NCBI GenBank assembly: GCA_902803385.1
Contig: CADCPT010000283.1
Coordinates: 1-39,099, forward strand
Direction: 5' to 3'
Source: an uncultured Ruminococcus sp.
GTDB taxonomy: Bacteria; Bacillota; Clostridia; Oscillospirales; Acutalibacteraceae
DNA: 39,099 nucleotides
Part shown: positions 17,006 through 29,200 of the stretch, in pieces
Layout of the letters: each line of letters opens with the position of its first letter
Numbering within the stretch: position 1 is the first letter of the stretch
Made by a program: the position numbers and the translations under genes
The notes under the pieces: model-generated
What the model was told of the DNA's origin: nothing
Database searches by the model: none
What the model saw: the letters and a program-made list of their open reading frames with translations, nothing else

Positions 17006-17143
17006 TGTAAAGGCATTTACATGACATAGCGAACATGAGAAAATTCTCATAAAATTACGAATCAGCATACTGATACTTGTAAAATCTCTTTTATTTTACA
17101 GACGTGGTATCAGAATTTAACTATTATTATAACAATTGTACAA
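17006..17143. promoter_or_regulatory. Cluster of short perfect inverted repeats upstream of the giant-gene promoter. These are candidate regulator sites.
   Basis: TGTAAA-ggca-TTTACA (17006-17021); ATGAGAA-aa-TTCTCAT (17035-17050); ATCAG-cata-CTGAT (17061-17074); TGTAAAAT-7 nt-ATTTTACA (17078-17100); TTGTACAA (17136-17143). Confidence 0.35.
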
Positions 17144-17168
17144 CTTTATAACTTTTGTCTACAGTTTA

Positions 17169-17197
17169 TTGATTTTTATATGCAATTATGCTATAAT
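17169..17197 (+). promoter_or_regulatory. SigmaA promoter with an extended -10, for the giant adhesin gene.
   Basis: TTGATT-17 nt-TATAAT with TGc immediately upstream (TGcTATAAT), about 75 nt upstream of the ATG at 17272. RBS GTGAGG. Confidence 0.6.
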
Positions 17198-17271
17198 GAG
17201 TTTAATTATAAATGATTGAATGGAATAGTCTGTTTTGATACATTATTTATCAGTATAGTGAGGTTTTTGCT

Positions 17272-20200
17272 ATGAAAAAATCTATTTTTAAGAGATTTAT
17301 ATCAAGCATTCTGGCGCTGTTGATGCTTATTTCAGCGTCTCCGTTTGATATGACCGTTTTTGCTTCGGATGGATATGTCGGTATCAAAAATGTTGTCTAT
17401 ACAGACCGTTCTTCTGTAAAAACACGTTATCTTCTTAAGTTTTATAAAGAGGTATATACCAGGATTCCCGTTGAGAATTTTGACGTGCTTAATCCTCAGT
17501 ATACCTTTGAGAGAAGTGAAGTCCCGGTCGCCTTTGGACCTGCGTTGAATCTTGGAAACAATACATATCTTGAAAGATCCGATTCAAATAATCAGTGTGA
17601 GCTTATACTTAAAAACGGAGATGATATAAATCTTTCTGGTAATCAGACCCTGCTTTCTTTCTTTAAGAACAATGCAATATGTCGTATTGATATTGTCTAT
17701 GACAATAATGCTCCTTCAAATAAAGCTGATAATTCTGAGTGCCTCCTTTATACAAACAGCACTGTTGATCCCGAGGAAGCCAACCCGGATGTGTACTCTG
17801 CATCTGTCACCTTTACACCTCAAAGAAATGCTTCCGGTATCACATATGATTTTTCAAGCTGTAATGCAGTTACCTTTACATCTACTACGATCGATCCCGT
17901 TGTAGTGGAACAGCTTTGGAGAGACAGCGGTAATAATCGTCCGACTGAGTATCTTCCGAGTGCTTTCTCTTTATCGAGAACTACTGACGGTGTTAGTTAT
18001 GAGTCAGTAACTGCTGACAGTTCGTCAGTTGAACCCATTACCAGCAATGATATCAATTATATTTATAAATTCCCGTCTTATGACGATGGTAATAATAAAT
18101 ACACATATAAGGCGGTTCAGTCTCCGTCTGTTCTGGTAAGGCATGAAGAAAACAAGATAAACGACCTTAAATATGAGAATATCGGTCTGACGGATGTTGA
18201 ATTCAATATTGACTGGGATGATGCAGCGCGTTCAACCTTAAGAAAGACCATTACTCCCGCTGATCTTATTTCTTATTTTGATTTTTACAGTATAGACAGC
18301 GGAGTCGAAACTCAGCTTACTCTTGATGCATCCAAAATAGAGATCAGCGGTAATAAAGTTACTATCAAAGATGTTGTCGAGATAGGTGAGGACAATGCAG
18401 CTGTTGTCTATTACATTAAGCCTAAGAATGCTCAGATAGCTGCAAGTACTTTTTTGAATAATTATTCCGGTATTGATGATGATGTCTACGGCATCACCGC
18501 AGATAATCCGGGTGTCAATTCGGCTGTTACCGACAAGGTTTATCTTGGCAATTCTCAGAACTGCGGTTCTTTAAGGATGCTTCTCAAGGGCGATACCGAA
18601 TTCGGCGGTACTATAAACTGGAGCGATAATGCTGATTGCGATACAGAAAGAAAGGATGCCGTAACTAACGGCGCCGCGGGTACCTTTACGCTTTATCGTT
18701 ATATAAACGGTCATACGGATCTTGTTTCTCAGGTCGGCTCATGGCCTATAGATGCTCCGGACGGCGAAAATGAGGACAGCTATAGTTTTCAGTTTATTGA
18801 TATCACAAACGGCAATTCCACCGTTTTGCCTAAATACGACAATAACGGAAACGAGTATATATACTTCGCTAGAGAATCTGTTAATAAAATAACTGCCGGC
18901 GGAGTGGATTATCAGTATAATGTCAGTTATTCTGATTTCCCCACAGGAACAAACTTATACTATCCTTTCAGCTCAGGCGGAAGCTATCTCGGCCATGTTG
19001 TTTTTCCGAATAATGCCACAGTTACCAATACTGTCAGCAGCAGTATAAATATCAGGGTAGAGGCTCAGTGGATTGCTGCTGCTCTCCAGGGCGGTGAAGC
19101 GTCTGTTACATATCAGGTACAGAAATACACCGGTTCAGGCTGGACTAATGTCGGTTCCTCACAAACGATAACCGACTTTTCACCAGAACGTATGCATCTT
19201 TCTGTTGATATGGGTTCCTTTGATAAATTTGATACAAACGGAGACCTTAACAAGTACCGTGTCGTTCAGACTTCTTTAAGCCGTAAAGACAGCGGTCAGA
19301 CCGGTAATTACACCTATCCTGTTGAAATGAATTATGATGCAAACGGTGATCTCGTTGTTACCGGCGGAAATATCGTAAATATCAGCAGTACAGGTGCAGA
19401 ATCTCCTGCATCCGGTGAATCTCTTTACATCATGATCGGCGGTCATCGTTTCAAAATAAGCGTAACAAAGTCAGGGAGTAACTATGTTTATACCTATACT
19501 CTGACAGACAGTGTTCCGCTCAGGATAAATAAGGACTGGAAGAATATCATGATCAAGCGAGGAGCTGACAGCAGCAACACCGCTCTTCTCACTGGTATCT
19601 GGAATTCCAACGTAACTCTCCAGCTCAATATCTACGACTTTACAAATAACAGATATATAGCGTATACACCAAACTCCGATGACCGTCCGGCAATTACCGG
19701 ACTGGATGCTAACGGTTGTTTGGTCCTGACAAGCTCCGATATGATATCTGATACCAATGAGCGTTTTTCAAAAATTCTGCAGAATGCTCCCAGGTATGAC
19801 AAGGATGGTCATGAAAACCGCTATGAGATAGTTGAAATAAACGCAACCGGCGTTTCCGGTTTTTACAAGCTCTGCACCATAACAAATAATGACGGCTATA
19901 AGGATCTTAAAGTCGATAATATTTTCAGCGGTGACGGCGAAACGATAGAATTTGAAAAGATCTGGATAAATGACGACAAGCAGCAGTATATGACTGGCAT
20001 CGTAAATATCGAAGGCTCAGCCCGTGCTATGCCGTATTACGGTCCGGGGGAGGATAACACGGTTCAGTTTGATTTTACCAATAGCAAGATCAATGCTGCT
20101 ACAGCAGGTATGGATGATCATGATACTGCAACCTCTCTGTATAATATGTACAGAAATGCTTATTATTCAAAATGGGGTTGTTATCCCGATGAAGATACAT

Positions 20201-23200
20201 ATGTATATAATGCCCCAAGCGGAACTGATCCCGGCAGCGGTTCGGAAACAAACGGAAGCATAAAATGGAATGACCCCGGCGTTACTGTTGGCACTAAGCA
20301 TTTTAACGATACCCTGACTGATAATGATATTTCTCATCTTCAGCTTTCTGACGAGGATGCAGCATCGCTCAAAAACTATGCCGGTTATCTCGGTACGGGC
20401 TTGAGCCTTACGAAAGACAGGAGCTACAGAGCTTCTCTTAATGTAAAAGACGGCTATTCAAATGTAAATAATGATCTTTCCGATAAGCTTAATGATTTCA
20501 GAGAATATCTTCCGAACCATACAGCTTCGGGCAAATTTTTCGTCCCTGTTTCAACTATAGAGGAGACGGCGAAGTCTGCTATGCTTGATGGAAGCACCAT
20601 GCTCGGTAAGGTCGTTTCTACTGAGGATGGTAATACCCACGGAACCGAAATAACTGTCACTTCAGGCAATAATGTAGGTTTTCAGGATTGTAAAAATGCT
20701 ATTTTTGTAGACGACATTGATAGATTTGAATGGCTTTCAGGCGTTTATGCCGCTCAGTTCGGCAATTATACCCACTACTATGCCGTTCAGGAAGAACCGA
20801 CTGTTGACAACAGCTGTAAGCTTAGAAAGATAACCTTCAGAAATACAATGACCGGTATCATCAATATCAAGATCGACTTTGAATGGGCATTGGGCGATTG
20901 GCTCACTGCTGCTGCAGGAGCAGATCAGATAACCTATGTTAAGGTCAAGCTTCTTGCAAACGGACAGACCGTTACCTTCCCAAGCGGTTCCGGCACGACT
21001 GATACAATTACTATACGTGTATCTGCTGATCTTAAGACATATTATCTCCGCAATCTTCCCAAGTATGACAATAAAGGAAAGCAGATCCAGTACACTGTTC
21101 AGGAATGGGAGATACAGGGTAAGTCTGTTTCAAACGGCCAATGTGTCCTAAATGCTGACAATACCTGTACAGTAAAGGTATCTACTCCTACCACTGACGA
21201 TTATGTTAACAATAAGACTTCAAACAGCGGTGATGTTATCCCGATAACTATTTCCAATAAATTTGAAGGCAGCACAAGCATTGAGATTTTCAAGCATTGG
21301 ATCGATGACAACAATGCTGCAAACACACGTTCTGACCTTTATATTTCTCTGTGGAGACATTCAACAAACACAAGAACTCCTGTTGCTGATTCTCAGCAGG
21401 GCGAGGAATACAGATGGCATAAGGACTACAATAATGAATACGTCAATGACTGGAGATATGAATTTACCGGTCTTGATAAGTATGATGCAGATGGCTTTTT
21501 ATACGAGTATTATGTGTATGAAAACCCGACATATCTTAAACCAAAGGAATATGAGACTTCCTATAGCAATACAGGATCTCATGCTTCAGGAACATATATT
21601 TCATATAACGGCATAGATCCCGGCACAGCTGTTGTAAATGCTCAGAATCTTCCTGCAAAGCGCTGCTATAACGGAGGAACGATCACAAATCAACTTAAAG
21701 CAAACAAAACCATTACCGGAGACAAGCTCTGGCAAAAGACCGACGATCTTGTTGACAAGGACTATCCTGTTGCGGACGTATTCCTGTATAAAAAATCAAA
21801 GGTAATAAATTCCTCAGATAAATTCCCGACTACACCGGTAATGTCATCTGACGGGGGATATAAGCTTGCATATTCTGTTACCGAGGATTCTGTTGACTAT
21901 AATATTGAGCTTGTCAATATCGTTCAGATCGTAAACGGTCAGAGGAACTTCAATTTTGACACCGCATATATTCTTCCCAAGAAACAAGTCGGTCCGGGCG
22001 ATAGTGCATATACTACCATTGATGAAACCAAGCTTGTATATGTATCAAACGGAGATGCAGGAAAAAATGTTGACTTTGTAAATTGTACAGGTATAACAAG
22101 TTCTCCTCTCAACAAATATGACGACAACGGTGCAAGAGTACAGTATGATCTCACCGAAAGAACAATAAACGGTTATGCATTTAAGATAAGCAATCAGACC
22201 ATTGTCAATGAATATAATGGCGGCGATCCTGTTACTGTTCAGTTCAGTAAGCAGTGGCAGAATATGACAAATAACTATGATGCATATCCGAATATAAATG
22301 TTGTACTCAAACAGTGCTACATAGGATTGACATCTAAAACAGATCCTACGCCTGCTATCAAGGTCTCTTCGACCGTAAGCAAGGAATTTGGTCCTTCAGA
22401 CTTCCAGACAGCCGGTGGAGACTTGAATGTACCTGTCACCGATCCGAAGCTTGTTAAGTTTGCGCCTAACGGAATGCGTTTCTTCTGCTATTTTGAAGAG
22501 GAAATGACAGATGCCCAGCGGATCAGGACAACGACCTTCAGGCCAACCTATGAACTTGTAACCAAAGCTCAGCTTCTTTCCAAGCTTGCAGACGGATATA
22601 AAAAGGTATATCCCTATGCCTCAGATTTCACTACAGGAAGAGTTACCCGTCCTGAAAAGGTCTACATTATTGTAAAGAGCGGCGGAACTGCCGTAACTGT
22701 TGATAAAGATGGTAATAATCTTTCGGCAGACCTTGGCGGCAATGTTACCTCCGGTGCGGATGCTGAGGGAATGATAGAGCTTGATGTTTCCGGCGACGGA
22801 ACAATCATATGTGATATCAATGACCTTCCGAGCGGAACCTATACTGTTGAAGCTGTTAAACCAGACGGTTCGGCTGATACGTCCACACTTTGCTCATTCA
22901 TTCAGACTGACGAAACTGATTCTTCAAAGCTTCACGTTATTCTTGCAAGAGGAGACGAATTTGTTTCCGTTAAGGGAAACAACAACACCACGACCGAATG
23001 CTGTATCGTAAGAAAGGCTTCTGCAGAAACTAACAAAGGTCTCGGCTTTAACTGTACGATAGGTGATATCACACCTACAGGAGAAACTACAGCTGCAGGA
23101 TCCATAACAAACCGATACGATCCCGACGATGAAGAAAACTTTGAAGCAAATATAACCGTTACAAAGAAGTGGCAGAATTACTATACAAAAACGGCAAGCG

Positions 23201-26200
23201 GTTCACAGCTTTCTGTAAACAGTAATGAAAATGCATCAAACTCTGTTTTTGCAGATGTTCAGGATTACAGCTTTGTTCTGAGCCGTCATGCCCGTTTTGT
23301 TGATGATACTGATGCCGGAAAGAGTCTTTTCAAGGTCTGGACAAATTATAACAATACCGGAAAACCATCAATTACTGATATTAACTCAGTCGATGGATTT
23401 GCTATCACATATTCCGGCTCTTTTTATGCCTACGATTCCTCTGATGTTCCTTTGTCTGAACCTGTGGATGAGTCTCAGGTCTCATACTATATGACCGAGC
23501 TTCAATTCACAAAAACGGCTTATACATCAGGTGTTTCCGGCTATATCCCTGTAACCGTCAAGGTATTTAAGTCTGATAAAAAAGTTGTGATACATGGCCT
23601 TGCAGTATTTGCCCAGACAGGCGTCGGCTATGATTATATCGTTACTGAGGATAATCAGACAGCTCATTATAATTCGAATACTCTTGATGAAACAAACAAG
23701 CAGATAAATACTTCTACAAAATACGTGGATTTTGAGCTGAAAAACAACCTCAAGACCTTCGACCTTCGTCTTAACAAGCTGTTCGGAACGAGGTACAATG
23801 ACGGTTCTTCTGATGTTGTCAATGCGTTGGCTCCGGGAGAGTATGCAGCCTATTTCAATGAAACATTTATCGGCAGACTTAAGTTCAGGCTTGAAAGAAA
23901 GCTTGGTACTGCAGGTACATGGCAGGAATACAAGACTGTCAATACCAACAGCGGTGATATTACTCTTACAAAGAGCAATGGAATGTACAGCTGTATCTTC
24001 AGATATCTGCCGATATGTGATACAAGCGGTACAAGATATTACTATCGCATTGTTGAAACTTCACAGCCGGGTAATGACGATCATTATACCATAAGCTATC
24101 CTTCAAGAGCAGACGGAAGCTATACTACTGATATTTCAACAGAGGCTTCAACTGCTTCTGATACAGGCTTGTCGCTTGATCCCAATAATTCCGGAAACTA
24201 TCGTTCAACTCAGGATCTTTATGTCCGTAATATTTTTGAATCCAAGCGGGTGAGCATTGAAAAGTTCTGGGAAGACCATAATAATGAAGACGGCACCCGT
24301 CCGACCTCACTTGAGGTCTACCTTTATGAAAAGGTAGACAGCTCTGTGACAGGCAGTTATCCTTCTCCGAATCCGTATCTCATAACCGAAACGCTCAGTT
24401 CTTCTGAAAACTGGTCTAAGAATATCACCCTTCCGCAGTACTACTACAATGCGAGTACGCCGATAGGGGATATCAAGTACACCATCCGTGAGCAGACTTT
24501 GTCGCAGGCAAAGCAAATGCTCACCACTACCGTGCCTGATCCTCAGTATCCGGGTGATACGACAACAACAAAAACCATAACCGTGCCCGATCCTGAGAAA
24601 AAGACCGCCGCGGAATACGGCTATTCGCTGACCGGCTACGGCTATATCATAGGCGGTACAAAAAACCAGGAGGGAACAAGCAATACCTTTAATGCACCCG
24701 GAACAGCCTATCAGGGCAAGAATACTCAGGCTCTTGATGGTACAAACTCAGGTTCAGTAACCTATAATATCAATGGTGTTGACGGCTTCTACCTTGAAAA
24801 CTCCAAGCCGCGCATGGATACGAACCTCAGCTTTACAAAGGCATGGGATGATTCCTCTGACAAATGGGGCGAAAGACCTGATTATTATTACATTAAGGTA
24901 GTCCGCAGATCAGAAAATGAGAATGACGCTCCTGCCGATCCGGAAGCACCTTCGGCTGATCCGGAAGCAGATGCAACAACAACTCCTTATGATGTAGTAA
25001 AGTATACCTACAGCTATACATCAGGAAATGAGTATCTCATATCAGCGTCTGACGGCACAAACACTTATACCGCAGATGCTTCGACCGGAGTTATTGCTAT
25101 CCCTAAGACCGTCAATACCGTGAATATCACACATCTTGCATATGGTGTGAGTGAAGGTGCGACAGATCAGATCAACGGTACATGGTCGCAGTATTACTAT
25201 ACTGTTGTAGAGTGCGATGAGTACGGCAACGACATTACCGCAAAGCTTACCTACAGCACAGGTAACAGTACATCTGATACAAGAACACTGAATACTTCCA
25301 AAAAGCTTACATTCAATTATACTGTCGGCTCCACCTATACAAAGACTTATTTCCATCTGAGAGTAAAAAGAACCAGTGATAATGAAGTCGTCAAGACTGA
25401 TATCAACGGTGTTCCGCTGAAAATGGTCGTTACCTACAGTAAGGACGGAACGATCTACACTGATGAATACGCCGCCGGCGGAGCACAGCACGGTATTGTT
25501 GCCGATGGTGTTATTGTTGTTCCTGTTCCTGCGAATGATGTTACGGTCGTAAGTGCTGTAATAGACGGCTTGCCCTTCGGTTCAAAGAACGGAGGTACAG
25601 TTACGCAGTACACTTACACTGTAGATCAGTGCGATTCAAGCGGTACGGAACCCAGAAACGGTGTAACGATAAACAGTATAGTTTGTTCTGATTCCGGCGT
25701 ACAGAAAGCTGCCGTTGATATGACATTTACAAAGTCATGGGATGAGAATGCCGTAAGAAACACACTTCGTTCCGATAATATGTACCTCAGGCTTTATCAG
25801 AAGCAGGAGGGCGTCAGCGGTGCGGCTGTTCCTTATTATGACGCTTCTTCATTGACTCTCACTATAGGTGAAACAACTTATTCATCTGTCGGCGGTTTGT
25901 TTACCATTCCTTTGGCTGATGCATCAGAAAGCATTACCGGTTCCATATCCGGTCTGCCGTCCGGCGATTTCCTGTCAAACGATACTGATGGATATTCTGT
26001 CTGGAAGCCTTATATCTACTACCTGGAAGAATATAATAACGATTCCGGAACTCAGAAGATGGATGCTGCAAGCCCGTATATTCCGTCATATGACGGTAAT
26101 ACGACCCCGAACGGAAGGGTCGCTCCGTTTGAAATAACGCAGGCTGATCCTGAGGATGAAAGCTCTGCATACACAAAGGCTGAGCTTTCAAGGAGGATAA

Positions 26201-29200
26201 AGAATTCCCTTGAGCCTACAGAGCACATAATGCAGAAGACCTGGATAGATGACGCTGAGTCGCAGGATTCCAGAACTGCATATACCGTAAAGCTGCAAAG
26301 AAAGGCTGGTGTGGCTGGCTCATGGAATGACGTTTCGTTCTCAGCCGCAGGCGACGTCAGGTATTATGATGATAGTACAGAGGGTTCCCCCTTGCCGATT
26401 GCTGATGGAGGAACAACTGCATTTACCCTTTTAGCCGATAAGCTCAATGTTATATTCAAGAACCTTCCGAAATACGATGAAAACGGCGAGACCTACTATT
26501 ATCGAGTTGTTGAAAGCATGGTCGGTACAAATAATGTAGTCGGTTCAGACAACGATCAGACAAAGCGTTATATGTTCCAGATACCGAACGGCACATATGT
26601 TTCAAAATGGCACAGAGGTACTGAAAACTATTATGTTGACTATGTTGATACTCCGGCCGGTGAAGACACAATTTCAAAGACCGAGATCAGAAACGAAATT
26701 GTCAAGAACACCGTCAGCTTTGTGCATATTGAAGCGAAAAAGGTCTGGAATGACGAGAATAACCTTTACGGCACCAGACCTGAAAGCATAACCTACCAGC
26801 TAAAGCGTAGGATCAAAACTATTACAAAGACCGGTGAGGGAGACGAGGCCGTTCTTGAAGTTACAAAGTCAGAAGACACGACCTTCAACAGCAAAACAGA
26901 CGATACCCAAAAGACTGTTTCTGAGGATGATTCCTGGACTGCCCACTGGAGCCACTGCGCAGCCTTTGATGTACACGGCTCAGAGTATGAGTATTATGTT
27001 GAAGAACTCAGTGTTTCCGGATATGACCAGTCCGGGCCGGAAGTAACCACTACAACTGACGTAAACAGTGAGCTGACACAGACCAATACCTTTACAAATA
27101 CTCCCACCAATACAGAATCTGATCCTGTTTTAACAAACAACAGATACAGACTTGATGCAACAAAGGTCTGGAGCGACCAGAACAATAACTTTGCCCTTCG
27201 CCCGGCTAAAGTGACTTTCACCCTTTATTGCAAGTATGACATCTGGGAATACAGGGACGAAGAGGGAGAGGCCATAGCGAACCCGACTCCCGAAAACCGC
27301 GGCACTCTTACAAAAGCCGACGAAGGTTACGATCAACCTGTGTATTCCGCTGCCGTAGGCGATGATCCTGATGATCCCGATTATGTTCCGGAGGTTGTAA
27401 GTGCAGTTTACGGTAGGCTGTCTGCGGCAGATAGAGCAAAGCTTGTTCAGACTCTGACAGTTTCAGAAAAGGTCGGTTCTGATACAAACACTTGGCGCGT
27501 TACATTTACCGGACTTCCGACTTCTGTAAATACCTCGGCTACCGATATGCTTGCAGGTAAGAGTGTACCCGTTACATATTACGTTGTCGAGACTTTCAAG
27601 GATTCATCAGATAATGACATTACAGCTACCGTCAAGAAGACCTATCGCTGTGCTGATGCGGATGATTCCTGCGAGTCCTCCGAGGTGGCTCTGGGCGGAG
27701 CCGACAAAACGGGGGATAACGGTCTGAGTCTCACCAATACCCTTGATACCCGTGATATCACCGTTACTCTAAAGTGGGTCGATAACTCTTACGGCAATAA
27801 TAAGGCAGACCGCGATTCACTGCATTATAATGTTGCAGTTTCCCTCACTAACAGTATGCTTGCTTCCACTGCTTCAGGCAAAACTGACGAAGGGCTCTAT
27901 AAGGAAACAAAGGTAATAGATACCACACATTGTAAAACTCAGGACAGTGATCCGATTAAACAGGGCGTCATTTTCAAGGATCTTCCGATCTATGATGCAA
28001 GCGGCAATATTATTATCTACAGTGTTTCCGAGGAGCTTACAACAGCTACTGCAGTCGCTGCCGATCAGAACGGTACCTTCAATGGATCCGGTTCGTCTGC
28101 TGCAGCTGAATTCACTCAGAATACATCCGCGGATAAGAGACAGTACGGATATAACGGAAGCTGCACAATGAATACTGCTGCGGGGTATGGTTCTGACACA
28201 TATGTAACTCAGTACAATATCACAAACGAACTGCCTCTTACTGCATTTGATGTTCAGAAAAACTGGATAGACTTTGATAACAGGTATTCCCTCAGACCAA
28301 CAACAATAACAGACGGTAATACCACATCAAGCAGGACAGATTATTCTACTCTTTATCTCTCGCTGCAGAGAAAGAGCGGAGAAGCTTCATATGCAGCGCT
28401 TGAACCGAACACTGCCGCTAAGAAAGAGGACAGGTATACTGCGGCTTCGTCCGGCACTTCAACAGGCACCTGGACATACACCTACACAAAGCTTCTGAAA
28501 TATGATAAGAACAATATCATATATTCATTCAATATCGTTGAGACTCAGCATAGATCATATGAAGCACCCAGATACTGCACTTCGGGTAATTATGATACTG
28601 TGGGTGCTGCATCTACTCAGGAGCTTACAGGTGATTCTCTTACTGCGCTTGCCAACTCAGCAGCGAAGTGGAACGGCACAAACAAGCTTTCTGCTAAGAT
28701 GCAGGTCACAAATAAGCTTGACACCCGTGAGATCAAGGTCACAAAGACCTGGAATGATAACGGCTATGCAAATGATGATTCATCTGTACAAAACGATCTG
28801 CATTATAACATAGCAGTTACCCTCAGCAATTCCGCATTAGGCTGTAATGAAAATAACAGGCACGATAACAGCGGCAAATATAAAGAGACCAAGGTGCTTG
28901 CCGCCAACAGCACTGATGCACTTGTTTTCAGGGAGCTGCCGAGATACTTTAATGACGGCAGCGAGATAGTTTACAGCATTGCCGAGGCAAAGAATGAAAC
29001 TACTGCTGCGGCAACGGGAACTGATGTCACAGCAACGCTTGAGACCTCCGCTGCATCGGATGTTGCTGCAAATGTATTTACCTATGATACTGTAAATCGT
29101 AAATACGGTTATGTCGGAAGCTGTAAGGAACGAAGAGACAGCAGCGCTACTCCTGTAGTAATGCAGTATGACATTACAAACACCCTTCCGCTTACTGATG

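Noticed and set aside
17006-17021. TGTAAAGGCATTTACA, considered as a catabolite-responsive element (cre).
   Set aside because: It is a 16-nt palindrome with a GGCA centre. It does not fit the 14-nt TGWAANCGNTNWCA consensus with its central CG.
16997-17271. A c-di-GMP (GEMM) or other riboswitch upstream of the giant adhesin gene.
   Set aside because: The leader from the predicted -10 to the ATG is only ~75 nt, is extremely AT-rich and lacks the GC-rich paired elements of GEMM-I/II. I cannot exclude this without a covariance-model scan.
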